Shown here: positions 19,723 to 29,651 of the stretch, piece by piece
How the letters are laid out: the number at the start of each line of letters is the position of its first letter
Position numbering within the stretch: the stretch's first letter is position 1
Assembly (NCBI GenBank): GCA_016182385.1
Contig: JACPGV010000002.1
Coordinates: 125,190 to 189,189, forward strand
Length of the DNA: 64,000 nucleotides
Direction of reading: 5' to 3'
Source: Candidatus Moraniibacteriota bacterium
GTDB lineage: Bacteria > Patescibacteriota > Minisyncoccia > Moranbacterales > UBA1568
Notes under the pieces: model-generated
What the model saw: the letters and a program-made list of their open reading frames with translations, nothing else
Databases searched by the model: none
Told to the model about the DNA's origin: nothing
Made by a program: the position numbers and the translations under genes

Positions 19723-20805
19723 ATGACTCTTCTTGTGATTATTTTTCTTGGTATTCTTGTCGCCGGACTTTTTTTGTGGGCTTTTTTTTCATGGCGGGAA
19801 AGGACTTCCTCGCTTGATTTTCTGCGTCGTGATACGGAGGCGATGCAACGGAAGCTCGATGAACAGTGGCGCTCTTTTTCGGGCGCTCTCAATCAGCAAC
19901 TGGCTCATTTTCAGCAGACACTTGATAATCGATTGGCGGATTCCAGTCGTCGTCTTGATGAACGTCTTGATGGGGCGGCACGTTCATATGCTGATGTGCA
20001 AAAAAGCCTCGAACAAGTCAAGCAATCAAGTGAGAGAATTTTTGAAGTCGGAAAAGAAGTTGCTTCCCTTCAGGAAATTCTCAAGGCGCCAAAAATTCGT
20101 GGTGGCTTTGGAGAGCTTATGCTCAAAGATCTCCTCGCGCAGATGTTGCCCAAAGAAAATTTTATTTTGCAACACGCGTTCAAAAGTGGTGAAGCAGTGG
20201 ACGCACTTATTAAACTTAAGGGAGGTTCGGTCAGTGTTGATTCGAAATTTCCTTTGGAAAACTTCAAAAAAGTTCTATCGGCCAAGACCGACGAAGAACG
20301 AAAAACGGCGAGACGGTCGTTTTATGTTGATGTCAAAAAACACGTGGACGCGATTGCGACCAAGTATATTGTTCCCGAAGAGGGGACGCTTGATTTTGCT
20401 CTTATGTATATTCCGGCGGAAAACGTGTATTATGAGGTGATTATCAAAGATGATGATGGACAGGGACTGCTTGATTATTTGACCACAAAAAGAATTATCC
20501 CGGTTTCTCCGAACTCTTTTTATGCCTATATGCGCACCATCCTTTTTGGCCTACAGGGATTGCAAATAGAAAAACGGGCAAAGGAAATTATGGGACAATT
20601 GGAAAAACTTACAAGAGAGCACGAACGGTTTTCGAAAGAATTTGATGTTTTGGGAAGCCATATCGGAAACGCTCATAAAAAATTTGAGGACGCGGAAAAA
20701 TATTTGCACCGAGTAGGGGATCACTTGGAGCGTGCTCGTTTGGGCGTGGAACAGGAGTCGCCGCGCGTAGAGGGCGCGGAGGATAAAAATGATGGAGCAT
20801 TATGA
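19723..20805 (+). CDS. rmuC: DNA recombination protein RmuC
   Basis: PKIRGGFGE, VDSKFPLEN, KYIVP..GTLDFALMYIPAENVYYE, VSPNS. Confidence 0.93.
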   Translation: MTLLVIIFLGILVAGLFLWAFFSWRERTSSLDFLRRDTEAMQRKLDEQWRSFSGALNQQLAHFQQTLDNRLADSSRRLDERLDGAARSYADVQKSLEQVKQSSERIFEVGKEVASLQEILKAPKIRGGFGELMLKDLLAQMLPKENFILQHAFKSGEAVDALIKLKGGSVSVDSKFPLENFKKVLSAKTDEERKTARRSFYVDVKKHVDAIATKYIVPEEGTLDFALMYIPAENVYYEVIIKDDDGQGLLDYLTTKRIIPVSPNSFYAYMRTILFGLQGLQIEKRAKEIMGQLEKLTREHERFSKEFDVLGSHIGNAHKKFEDAEKYLHRVGDHLERARLGVEQESPRVEGAEDKNDGAL

Positions 20806-21191
20806 ACGCAACACGCTGGCAGGATGACATAATCAGGGAGGAAGAAGGTGTTTCATTTTTTCGAAATAATATCGTGCGCGTTTTAATGGGCGGGACGATA
20901 TTTTTTTTGCTTACGCATTTTTTTGTTTTGGCTTATTTCGCTCGTCCTACCGAGAGGAGCATGATTTTACACTACAATGTTTATTTTGGTGTTGAAATAC
21001 AGAGTGCCTGGTGGCAACTCTTTCTTTTGCCGTTGGCGGGAGTGTTTTTTTTCATGGTACATGGTATTTTTGCCAGACGACTCTATAGGGCCTGTGAGAG
21101 GATTGCCGCATATTTGCTCTTATTGGGAGCATGGATGCTGAATGTTGGACTGCTTATTGCCGGCGGGGGCGTTGCTTTTATTAATTATTAG
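20802..21191 (+). CDS. Small three-TM membrane protein
   Basis: ILHYNVYFGV motif between hydrophobic helices; overlaps rmuC stop by 4 nt. Confidence 0.75.
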   Translation: MNATRWQDDIIREEEGVSFFRNNIVRVLMGGTIFFLLTHFFVLAYFARPTERSMILHYNVYFGVEIQSAWWQLFLLPLAGVFFFMVHGIFARRLYRACERIAAYLLLLGAWMLNVGLLIAGGGVAFINY

Positions 21192-21194
21192 AGT

Positions 21195-22235
21195 ATGTTT
21201 TTTGAGCTTTTTTTTGCTCCTCTTCTCATAGTTTTTTCTCTTACGGTTGGTCTTATTTTGCTTTTTTTGCTGACCCCTCTTTTTCGACGGTCCGTGTGGC
21301 GCGTCTCGAAGCGCCATGGTGTCAAGGGAAGCATTTCTCGCCTGGGTGGAGTGGCCATGCTTCTTGCTTTTGTATTTACTGTTTTTTTTGATCCTCACCT
21401 TGTTTTGACAAAGGAAATGTACGGTTTATTTTTTGGCGGAGCGCTCATACTGCTTTTTGGCTTGTGGGATGATTTGAGTGAACTTGGTTGGAAGGTTCAG
21501 ATTTTTTTTCAAGTGACGCTTTCGGCGCTTATGTTTATTTTCGGCGTTCGTATTATGGCCGTTACCAATCCTTTCGGCGGTATGTGGACTTTGCCATACG
21601 GAGAATTCGTCATACCGGGATTTTTTATTCTTCTTTTTTGGATGCTTTTGGTGATGAATGCTATTAACTGGCTTGATGGGCTTGATGGGCTGTGTGGCGG
21701 TGTCACGGCTATTACTTTTTTGACGATTTTCTTTTTGAGTCTGCGTCCCGAGGTGTATCAGCCACCAATTGCTATTTTGGCTATTATTGGTTTTGGCGCG
21801 AGTCTGGGTTTTCTTGTTTTTAATATGCATCCAGCTCGTATTCTTGCGGGAACAGTCGGTTCCATGTTTCTTGGATTTCTCATCGCTCTTCTCGCGGTAA
21901 TTGCCGGAACGAAAATAGCTACGGCGCTTCTCGTTCTTTCTTTGCCCATAGCCGATGCTGTTTTTGTTATTTGGCAACGTTTGCGTGACGGCGTCTCAGT
22001 CTTTCAATCCGATAAGCGTCATTTGCACTATAAACTGCTTGAATTGGGTTGGTCCGAGGGTCGTGTCGCCGCCTTCTTTTTTGTGGTAACGGCGATTATT
22101 TCCTTGATTGCTTTGTTTACGGAGGCGTTGGGAAAATTGTTCGCTCTTGCTGGTATTTTGATTGTCCTTTTTTCTTTGTTGTTCTTCGTGGAGTATGTTG
22201 TCCGACAAAAAAGAAACGAGAAAAAAACAGTATGA
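21195..22235 (+). CDS. WecA/TagO/MraY-family undecaprenyl-phosphate sugar-1-phosphate transferase
   Basis: RLGGVA, GLWDD, NAINWLDGLDGL, FNMHPARI, DKRHLHY. Confidence 0.9.
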   Translation: MFFELFFAPLLIVFSLTVGLILLFLLTPLFRRSVWRVSKRHGVKGSISRLGGVAMLLAFVFTVFFDPHLVLTKEMYGLFFGGALILLFGLWDDLSELGWKVQIFFQVTLSALMFIFGVRIMAVTNPFGGMWTLPYGEFVIPGFFILLFWMLLVMNAINWLDGLDGLCGGVTAITFLTIFFLSLRPEVYQPPIAILAIIGFGASLGFLVFNMHPARILAGTVGSMFLGFLIALLAVIAGTKIATALLVLSLPIADAVFVIWQRLRDGVSVFQSDKRHLHYKLLELGWSEGRVAAFFFVVTAIISLIALFTEALGKLFALAGILIVLFSLLFFVEYVVRQKRNEKKTV

Positions 22236-22693
22236 AAAAGAAACTTTTTTTGAGAAAAATAGTTTTTGTTATCATAGGCGGAGTATCTTGTATCCTCTTT
22301 TGGTTTGTGATCAAAACAGTATTTTTTCCCGTTCAAATACCACAGGAATCTTTTTTTGTTGAGTTTCATGGAAAACGTTTATTGCTTGAGCGTGCCGTTA
22401 CCGAGGAGGCGCGGGCATTAGGATTAGGAAAGAGGGATTCTTTGTGTTCCTCGTGCGCTTTGCAGTTTATTTTTGAAACACCGGGAAGGTATCTTTTTTG
22501 GATGAAAGACATGCGATTTCCTATTGATATCGTGTGGCTTCGTGGTGAAGAGGTAGTTTTTATCGTTCATAATGCTCAGCCGGAATTTCTTGGGGTTTTT
22601 GATCCGGGTGTTTTTGCGGACACTGTTTTTGAGTGTAACGCCGGTGAAGCAAAAAATCTTCGTGAGGGGGATCGGGTGCGTTTTTTGCATTAA
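22232..22693 (+). CDS. DUF192 family protein
   Basis: RALGLGKR, FWMKDMRFPIDIVW, VFECNAG; ATG overlaps upstream stop. Confidence 0.85.
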   Translation: MKKKLFLRKIVFVIIGGVSCILFWFVIKTVFFPVQIPQESFFVEFHGKRLLLERAVTEEARALGLGKRDSLCSSCALQFIFETPGRYLFWMKDMRFPIDIVWLRGEEVVFIVHNAQPEFLGVFDPGVFADTVFECNAGEAKNLREGDRVRFLH

Positions 22694-22720
22694 GAGCCTT
22701 GGATTTTTTAGGATAGATAC

Positions 22721-22750
22721 AACAAAATCCCGCCGTTGCGGGATTTTGTT
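22721..22750. terminator. Bidirectional intrinsic terminator
   Basis: aacaaaatcccgc-cgtt-gcgggattttgtt. Confidence 0.75.
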
Positions 22751-22794
22751 ATCAATACGAAGAAAGAACGGTTTTTCTCTCCATGCGGTTAGCG

Positions 22795-23385
22795 TTAGCG
22801 ATAGGCGCTCACGCGAGCGGAGTATTTCTTTAGATTCTGCAATTGTCTCTCGTTCAGTGTTTTCGATTTCTCAATACTTTGCTTAATAAGATTTTTCGAG
22901 AATTCTATCGAAGTGTTCGGTGTTACAGAGCTACGGAAGCCCGAGTTTTTACGAAGATAATCTTCGATGTAAACCTTTTGTTCAGCGGTCAAGGATGAAT
23001 CAGGATTCTTTTCGAGATAGTGCGCGAGAGCACGGCGTGCCAAATGCGTTTGACCGTTTCCTCGTTCAGCTTTCTCAATAAATGAAGTTTCTGTTTCTTG
23101 ACTCAATTCAGTCGTTACTACGACGCCACTTGTTTTCACCTCTGCTTTTACGGTGTTTTTTGACTGGGAAGGCGTTTGTGTGTCAGCCTTTTCATCACCT
23201 TTGGTTTCGAGGAGTGTCGCCTCATCTTGATCGGTGAGAGTATCCGTGCGTTGTGAATACGAATAAATGCCAAGAGCGATCGCTGCAACAATGAACACGC
23301 TGACGATGATACGCAGATTTTCTTGAATCCATGCCTTGACTTGATCGGCTGAAGACTCTTCGAAAATAGGTTCTTGCTGTTCCAT
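22795..23385 (-). CDS. Single-TM exported hypothetical protein
   Basis: N-terminal TM, low-complexity linker, globular C-domain; SD-like agagaggtga upstream. Confidence 0.8.
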   Translation of the reverse strand: MEQQEPIFEESSADQVKAWIQENLRIIVSVFIVAAIALGIYSYSQRTDTLTDQDEATLLETKGDEKADTQTPSQSKNTVKAEVKTSGVVVTTELSQETETSFIEKAERGNGQTHLARRALAHYLEKNPDSSLTAEQKVYIEDYLRKNSGFRSSVTPNTSIEFSKNLIKQSIEKSKTLNERQLQNLKKYSARVSAYR

Positions 23386-24001
23386 GTGTTCACCTCTCTT
23401 TCTAGCTTAACGAATAAGATTGTCAAAGTGCCGCTTTCGTTGAAGCCGTCGACTTGCCAAAACTATCTTTTATGGCATTGGCAAGCCATCTATCGACCCC
23501 CTGTCTTTGTATACTACGTCTTTGAAAAATGACTGTCAACTGGACAAATGAACGTTTTTTTGTCCTGGTGAAAGAAGGAAAGATCGGATAGATGCACCAT
23601 GAAGAGGGTGTGGAAATTTTTTTAATGAAATATATTTTTTATGGAAAGAGGAATGCGCGCGTGTTTCGAAGTTTGCTTCTGATGATTCGCGTAATGGAAG
23701 AGATTTGTTTTTGAGTGATAAGAGAAAAATATTTTTTATGGAATGTTTTGAAATATTTTGTGAGAAAGAGTAAAAAGAAAAAATATTTTTTCTTGTATTG
23801 GTGTTATGGAGTATTGACAAGAATTTTTTTTCTTTGCTTTTTTTGAAAAAAGAGTATAATAAAAACATACGGAAACTTTTTCTGTATCACGCACAAAAAA
23901 AATTCTGTGTCGTGTAAAATAAAAAATAAACCTTTCTCTTCTTGTGTCGCATAAACAGATGCGCGCAAAATGAAGAGATGGTGTAGGAGGAGGTGAGTAT
24001 T

Positions 24002-24097
24002 ATGGCAGCCAAGAAAAAAGTCGCGAAGAAAAAGGCTACAAAGAAAGTAGCTCGCAAAAAGACAACCAAGAAGAAGGCTACAAAGAAGCGCAAGTAA
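24002..24097 (+). CDS. 31-aa Lys/Ala-rich basic protein (histone H1/protamine-like), not in ORF track
   Basis: MAAKKKVAKKKATKKVARKKTTKKKATKKRK; SD aggaggaggtg just upstream; terminator downstream. Confidence 0.85.
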   Translation: MAAKKKVAKKKATKKVARKKTTKKKATKKRK

Positions 24098-24125
24098 TAT
24101 TGCATTCTTTCGTTCTTTTGGTTTA

Positions 24126-24167
24126 AAAACAAAAAATCCCCGTAAATCGGGGGTTTTTGTTTTTTTT
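24126..24167. terminator. Bidirectional intrinsic terminator
   Basis: aaaacaaaaaatccccg-taaat-cgggggtttttgttttt. Confidence 0.75.
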
Positions 24168-24177
24168 GAAAAGGTAT

Positions 24178-25095
24178 TTATAGCGAAAGAACGACAACAC
24201 GATCGCGACTGGAGAGGTCGGGATGGATGGTAAAGGTAGCTTTTGGAAAGTTTTTTGAAAAATACTGCTTGATAAGAGGTGTTTGCTCGGGACTGATTTC
24301 AAGAAAAAGCATGACTGATTGTTTTTGAGAAGTTTGACTTTTTTCGCGATCGCGAAAAAAGTCAGTATTGAGAGATTTCACTTGGTCGAACAAGCGGTAG
24401 TAATGGTCGAGGCCAACCTGAGCGCTTACGAGGGCGGTTTTTGGTTCGAATATTTTCACATCGTCTTCGGCGGATTGCCAGATTTTTTCGGAAAGATAGG
24501 GGAGATTGGCAACGATGATGATTTCGTTTGCTGTTACAAGTTTCTCTTTTAAAGGATCAAGAAAATTTCCTTCGTAAAACGATATGATATTTTCGACGTT
24601 ATGACGCTTGGCGTTTTTTTTCGCAACGTTGAGAGCTTTTGAAGAGATATCAGTGGCATGGAATGTGTAGGTTGGATTTTTTATTTCTTTTGCGAGAGTA
24701 ACAACAATATTCCCGCTCCCTGTTCCGATATCAGTCAAAAATATAGCTTGAGTTGACGGTCGTCGTTTCGTGTCACTTTTTATTTTTTCCAAAATGAGTT
24801 CGATAAGGAGCTCTGTCTCGGGACGAGGAATGAGTGTTGCGGGAGTGACTTGGAAGTCACGACCGTAGAATTCTTTGTGCCCGACGACATAAGCAACCGG
24901 CTCGTGTTTTGCTCGGCGAGAGAAATATTCGCGCGCTTTCGTTTCTGTTCTGGTATCGAGTTCGTATTCTGGATGCGCGAAGAGGAAGGTTTTGTCTTTG
25001 TTAGTCGCGTGCGCAAGCAGTACGAAAAAATCCTCCGGTGCGATTTTCTGACCAGCGGAAGAGAGAAATTCTTTTTGGAGTTTTTTGAGGATCAC
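24178..25095 (-). CDS. prmC: Release factor glutamine methyltransferase
   Basis: EPVAYVVGHKEFYG, LIPRPETE, DIGTGSG, ANLPY; downstream of prfA. Confidence 0.93.
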   Translation of the reverse strand: MILKKLQKEFLSSAGQKIAPEDFFVLLAHATNKDKTFLFAHPEYELDTRTETKAREYFSRRAKHEPVAYVVGHKEFYGRDFQVTPATLIPRPETELLIELILEKIKSDTKRRPSTQAIFLTDIGTGSGNIVVTLAKEIKNPTYTFHATDISSKALNVAKKNAKRHNVENIISFYEGNFLDPLKEKLVTANEIIIVANLPYLSEKIWQSAEDDVKIFEPKTALVSAQVGLDHYYRLFDQVKSLNTDFFRDREKSQTSQKQSVMLFLEISPEQTPLIKQYFSKNFPKATFTIHPDLSSRDRVVVLSL

Positions 25096-25177
25096 GACTT
25101 TTTCTGATGTTATTTCGAGTTTTTTTGAGGAACCCTTTTGTTTTTTTTCAGATTCCTGTTGATGCGTTTGGGAGTTT

Positions 25178-26275
25178 TTATTTTTCCGACTGTTTCTCTA
25201 GCTTGCGGCGGATATCTTCTTGTTCGAGAACATCGAGAATCTGGTCGAGGGCGCCGTTTAATATTTGAGGGATACCGCTCCATGATTCTTTGATACGATG
25301 GTCGGTGATGCGATCTTGGGGAAAATTGTAGGTACGGATTTTTTCACTGCGGTCACCGGTACCGATTTGACTTTTGCGTGCGTCACCAAGCTCTTTGGCG
25401 CGGCGCTCTTCTTCTGCCTGATAGAGGCGCGAACGAAGCACTTTCATCGCTTTTTCCTTGTTTTTAATTTGCGATTTTTCATCTTGACAGGAAACCACCA
25501 CCCCGCTTGGAACGTGGGTGATACGTACAGCGCTATAAGTCGTGTTGACTGACTGACCACCAGGGCCAGATGAGCAAAACGTGTCGATACGGAGATCTTG
25601 CGGGTTGATGACGATTTCCACGTCTTCGGCTTCCGGCAAAACAGCAACGGTTGCAGTCGAGGTATGGACACGGCCCATTTTTTCGGTTTCGGGAACGCGT
25701 TGGACACGATGTACACCGGATTCGTATTTCATTTTTCGGTATACGGAGATTTCGCCTGTGCCGCGGTTGATTTCAAAAACTGCCTCTTTGAAGCCGCCTA
25801 CCTCGGTTTGATTGGAATGAAGCATCGTGACGCGCCAGTTTTGTTTTTCAGCGTAGTGTGAATACATTCGAAAAAGCTCTGCCGCAAAAAGAGAGGATTC
25901 ATCGCCGCCGGCGCCGGCGCGGATTTCAACGATAATATCTTTGTCATCATGTGGATCTTTAGGAAGAAGAAGGCGTTTCAATTCTTCTTCAAGCGAGGCT
26001 TTCTCTTCGGCAAGTGTGACGTTTTCTTCTATAGCGAGGCTTTTTAATTCAGAATCGACTTCATCGGAATGAGTGAGTTCTGCATTGTCACGCATTGTTT
26101 TTTCGATGGCGCGAAAACGCTCGATACGCTCCATGATGAGATCGAGCTCTGTTTTTCGGCGGCCAAGAGTAGCAAGTGTTTTTGGATCACGCGTGATGTT
26201 TGGATCGCTTAAGCGTTTTGTGATATCCGCGTGTTCATGTTCAATTTCGACAAGAAGAGCATTCATAATTTCCAA
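25178..26275 (-). CDS. prfA: Peptide chain release factor 1
   Basis: [12 protein letters not shown] (PxT), [22 protein letters not shown]. Confidence 0.97.
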   Translation of the reverse strand: MEIMNALLVEIEHEHADITKRLSDPNITRDPKTLATLGRRKTELDLIMERIERFRAIEKTMRDNAELTHSDEVDSELKSLAIEENVTLAEEKASLEEELKRLLLPKDPHDDKDIIVEIRAGAGGDESSLFAAELFRMYSHYAEKQNWRVTMLHSNQTEVGGFKEAVFEINRGTGEISVYRKMKYESGVHRVQRVPETEKMGRVHTSTATVAVLPEAEDVEIVINPQDLRIDTFCSSGPGGQSVNTTYSAVRITHVPSGVVVSCQDEKSQIKNKEKAMKVLRSRLYQAEEERRAKELGDARKSQIGTGDRSEKIRTYNFPQDRITDHRIKESWSGIPQILNGALDQILDVLEQEDIRRKLEKQSEK

Positions 26276-26411
26276 TTTTTATCGGAGAAGGTCATTGTTG
26301 TTTCTCCTCCTCAATTATGTTTTGTTGAATAAAAAACCCGTCTAGGGGTGAGACGGGAGCTTTTTTCGGGTTGAGATATTTCAAGTACAAGAAAAAAGCG
26401 CGAGAGGGACG

Positions 26412-26708
26412 CTACGCGGCTTTTTTTACGACTTTCTTCTCTTTTTTTGGAGTTTCTTTTTCAGCTTTCACTTTAGGGGCTTTTTTACGAGCAATTTTTG
26501 CAGCGACTGACTTTTCGGAAAGCTTTTTGAAACGATCAACACGACCGGTAGTATCAATAAATTTCTTTTTACCGGTATAAAACGGATGACACTGAGAACA
26601 AATTTCGGTATGCATGGCGTCAACCGTTGATCCAGTTTCCAAAACAGCGCCGCAAGCGCAGGTAATGGTGGTTGTAGCTGTATAGTGAGGGTGAATGCCT
26701 TGTTTCAT
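26412..26708 (-). CDS. rpmE: 50S ribosomal protein L31 (zinc-binding form) with Lys-rich tail
   Basis: [27 protein letters not shown]. Confidence 0.95.
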   Translation of the reverse strand: MKQGIHPHYTATTTITCACGAVLETGSTVDAMHTEICSQCHPFYTGKKKFIDTTGRVDRFKKLSEKSVAAKIARKKAPKVKAEKETPKKEKKVVKKAA

Positions 26709-26891
26709 AGGATGCTTCTTCTTTCCTGATAAAGTTTTTATACCCAAAGAGTGTAACATGGCTTTTGGAAATTGACAACCCCTCACTTTTTCTACGATGA
26801 TGGTATTCGAATGGGCCTATGGCGATAAAGAGCCAGAAAAGAAGGTTTTTATAAAGAGAATTCTTTTATTATTAACCGTAAAGGGAAGCTC

Positions 26892-27060
26892 TTGCCAGAT
26901 GGAAATTTCTTTGGTACACTGTCTCCCGTACGTATCTATCGCTTTTTTGCGGTGGAGTGGAAAATCAGACATATGTCGTCAGGATCCGTTCCTGGCCTGC
27001 TCGTGCAGTGCTTTCAGGATCCGTTGAGGCGATGTAGGTGGCGCCCGTTTATATCGGGTG
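26892..27060 (+). promoter_or_regulatory. rpsB promoter and long structured 5' leader
   Basis: TTGCCA-17-TACACT at 26892-26920, then about 150 nt of GC-richer leader before rpsB. Confidence 0.55.
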
Positions 27061-27075
27061 TATAATTTTATAAGG

Positions 27076-27876
27076 ATGTCTACAATTATGTCAGAGACAA
27101 CTGTAGCGCACGTTGTTGCGCAAGATGCCAAAACGGCAGTGACGAGCGAACACTATTTCGCTTCTTTTGATTTCAGTAAACTTGATGCCGGGCTGGAGGC
27201 TCTTCTCAAGTCGGGAGTTCATTTTGGACACCTGAAATCTCGTCGTCATCCGAAAATGGATCCATATATTTTTACTACGCGTAAGAATATAAATATCATT
27301 GATTTGCAGAAAACAGCGGAAAAGCTTGATGAAGCCGCCAATTTTCTTTCCGGTATCGTCAAAGAAGGCAAGCCGATTCTTTTTGTCGGTATGAAGAAAC
27401 AGACGCATGAAACAGTTCAGTCTATTGCTCAGCGCTTGGGGGAATCGTACGTTATTGATCGTTGGCTTGGAGGAACACTTACCAATTTCAAAATGATTCG
27501 TGGGCGGGCGCGGTATCTCAATGAGGGCGCGGAAAAAATGGCGCGAGGGGATTTCAAAAAGTATACAAAATTTGAACAAGCAAAAAAGAACGAAGAACTT
27601 GAAAAATTGGAAAAAAAGGTTGGTGGAATTAAGCATTTGGAACAATTGCCCGGGGCTATTGTTATTGCCGATGTCAAAGAAGCTGGCTTGGTAATAAGCG
27701 AGGCAAGAAAAATGAATGTTCCGATAATTGGCATTGTAGACACGAATACTGATCCGAGTTTTGTCGATTATCCCATTCCGGGGAATGATGACGCTCTTTC
27801 TTCGTTGCGCGTCCTTTTTGGCGCTTTGGGAAAGGCTATTCTTTCGTCAAAAGAGAGTGTCGTTCAGAAGGGGTAA
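27076..27876 (+). CDS. rpsB: 30S ribosomal protein S2
   Basis: LLKSGVHFGH, RWLGGTLTNF, DTNTDP, PIPGNDDA; start uncertain (27076 or 27088). Confidence 0.96.
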   Translation: MSTIMSETTVAHVVAQDAKTAVTSEHYFASFDFSKLDAGLEALLKSGVHFGHLKSRRHPKMDPYIFTTRKNINIIDLQKTAEKLDEAANFLSGIVKEGKPILFVGMKKQTHETVQSIAQRLGESYVIDRWLGGTLTNFKMIRGRARYLNEGAEKMARGDFKKYTKFEQAKKNEELEKLEKKVGGIKHLEQLPGAIVIADVKEAGLVISEARKMNVPIIGIVDTNTDPSFVDYPIPGNDDALSSLRVLFGALGKAILSSKESVVQKG

Positions 27877-27894
27877 AAGTTGTAATAAAAAAAT

Positions 27895-28479
27895 ATGAGC
27901 ACGATGGAGCAAATAAAAAATCTTCGTGAAAAAACCGGTGCCGGTATTGTAGATGTCAAAAAAGCGCTTGATGAAGCAAAGGGAGATGAGGTGAAGGCCA
28001 TCGAAATTCTTCGCAAGCGTGGACAGGATAAGGCGCTCAAGAAAAGCGATCGAGAAGCTCTTGAAGGAATCGTCGTGGCGTATGTTCACTCCAATAATCG
28101 AATGGGCGCTTTGTTGAAACTTTCTTGTGAAACGGATTTTGTTGCCCGAAACGAGGAGTTCCGCGAATTGGGACACGATATCGCCATGCATGTCGTTGCC
28201 GCCGCGCCACAATTTGTAAAAGCGGAAGATGTTCCGGATGCTCTTGTGGAGAAAGAAAAGATTATTTGGCGAGAGCAGTTGGTTCGTGAGGGTAAGCCTG
28301 AGGAGATGTTTGAAAAGATTATGATGGGGAAGGAAGAGAAGTTCCGCAAGGATATTTCCCTTTTAACACAGAGTTTTATCAAGGATCCGACAAAAACGGT
28401 TGGTGAGTTATTGACCGAAAAAATTCACAAAATTGGAGAAAATATTCAAGTGAGTAGTTTTATTCGGTACGAAATGTAG
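27895..28479 (+). CDS. tsf: Elongation factor Ts (short form)
   Basis: LREKTGAGIVDVKKAL, CETDFVARN, GENIQV. Confidence 0.96.
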   Translation: MSTMEQIKNLREKTGAGIVDVKKALDEAKGDEVKAIEILRKRGQDKALKKSDREALEGIVVAYVHSNNRMGALLKLSCETDFVARNEEFRELGHDIAMHVVAAAPQFVKAEDVPDALVEKEKIIWREQLVREGKPEEMFEKIMMGKEEKFRKDISLLTQSFIKDPTKTVGELLTEKIHKIGENIQVSSFIRYEM

Positions 28480-28534
28480 TATATTGATGTAGGAGAGTGT
28501 TAACTATCGGGCCGAGAGCGGCCCCGCGTATCTC

Positions 28535-29437
28535 ATGTGGTATCTTACTGTCCCGCCCATTATTGTTGTTGTCAGTCTCCTGCTCGTGTTGTGGTATCTT
28601 TCACGCAGGGGAGCTGATCCCGTTATCGCGGAAAAAGTCTCTCAAGGAGAACGGGAAGCTTTGAAGAAGGCGTCTTTTTTTCGTACGAAATCTTTTTTCT
28701 TGCGAGTCTTGGAAAAAACAGCACAGCGTTTTAAAGTGCAATCGTTGCGAATGCACAATACGCTTCATGTATGGACGCAATCTTTAAAAGAGCGTCGAAG
28801 ATTATTTCAAGAAAAAACTTCTCCGATGCCGCCCGTTGATGCCAAAGAAGAATATTCGATATCGCAAGAAATAGCTTCTTTTTCCGCTCCTGTTGTTTCA
28901 GAAAAAAAAGAGATTGCTCATCGTGGGAATCTCTTGCGTCGTTTTTTTGGCAAAGAAACGGTGGTAAAAGATGAAGTGCAGGCGTCTCTCACAAATATCA
29001 AGGAAGAGCGGGTATTTGATGGAGAAAAAAAATCGCAAGAACAAGAAAGAATAATAACATTTGAACAACCTCTTGTCCGCCGGCGCAAGGAAGAGACAAT
29101 TCGTGAATCCATTCTTGAGCCGCGACCCACCGTAAGCGATAAGGTTGCGCGTCCCGAATCGGTTAAAAAGAATCTTTTCAAGCGAGAAACACGTGCGCGT
29201 GAAGAAGATTTTATTGCTCGCATAGCAGTCAATCCAAAGGACTTTACTGCGTATGAGGGGCTGGGCGATTATTATCTTGAGATTGGTAATGTGAAGGATG
29301 CCAAAGAATGTTATCGACAAGTACTCAAGCTTTCACCGGTGCATCGAATGGTGAAGATCAAGATACGTCGTTTGGAAAAAATTCTTTCTCAAAAATCAGA
29401 TGACGAATCTCTTGAGAACGAAAGAATAATAGGGTAA
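28535..29437 (+). CDS. Membrane-anchored protein with C-terminal TPR
   Basis: N-terminal TM; AYEGLGDYYLEIGNVKDAKECYRQVLKLSP TPR. Confidence 0.8.
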   Translation: MWYLTVPPIIVVVSLLLVLWYLSRRGADPVIAEKVSQGEREALKKASFFRTKSFFLRVLEKTAQRFKVQSLRMHNTLHVWTQSLKERRRLFQEKTSPMPPVDAKEEYSISQEIASFSAPVVSEKKEIAHRGNLLRRFFGKETVVKDEVQASLTNIKEERVFDGEKKSQEQERIITFEQPLVRRRKEETIRESILEPRPTVSDKVARPESVKKNLFKRETRAREEDFIARIAVNPKDFTAYEGLGDYYLEIGNVKDAKECYRQVLKLSPVHRMVKIKIRRLEKILSQKSDDESLENERIIG

Positions 29438-29463
29438 AATAGAGAGACGCGTTTTTTGATCGT

Positions 29464-29537
29464 GCCACCTTAGCTCAGCTGGTTAGAGCAACAGTTTTGT
29501 AAACTGTGGGTCCTCGGTTCGAATCCGAGAGGTGGCT
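29464..29537 (+). tRNA. tRNA-Thr(TGT)
   Basis: Cloverleaf, acceptor gccacct/aggtggc, anticodon arm acagt-tt-TGT-aa-actgt. Confidence 0.95.
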
Positions 29538-29566
29538 CAAGAGAAATGAAAAAGAGATGGTTTTTT

Positions 29567-29650
29567 GGGTAGGTGGCGGAGTGGTCAATCGCAGCAGACT
29601 GTAAATCTGTCGTCCTTCGGACTTCGGGGGTTCGAATCCCTCCCTGCCCA
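29567..29650 (+). tRNA. tRNA-Tyr(GTA)
   Basis: Acceptor gggtagg/cctgccc, gcaga-ct-GTA-aa-tctgt, long variable arm. Confidence 0.95.
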
Positions 29651-29651
29651 C

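Noticed and set aside
23887-24132. 81-aa Phe-rich minus-strand ORF
   Set aside because: It is the antisense shadow of the 31-aa Lys-rich gene, which has the SD and terminator.
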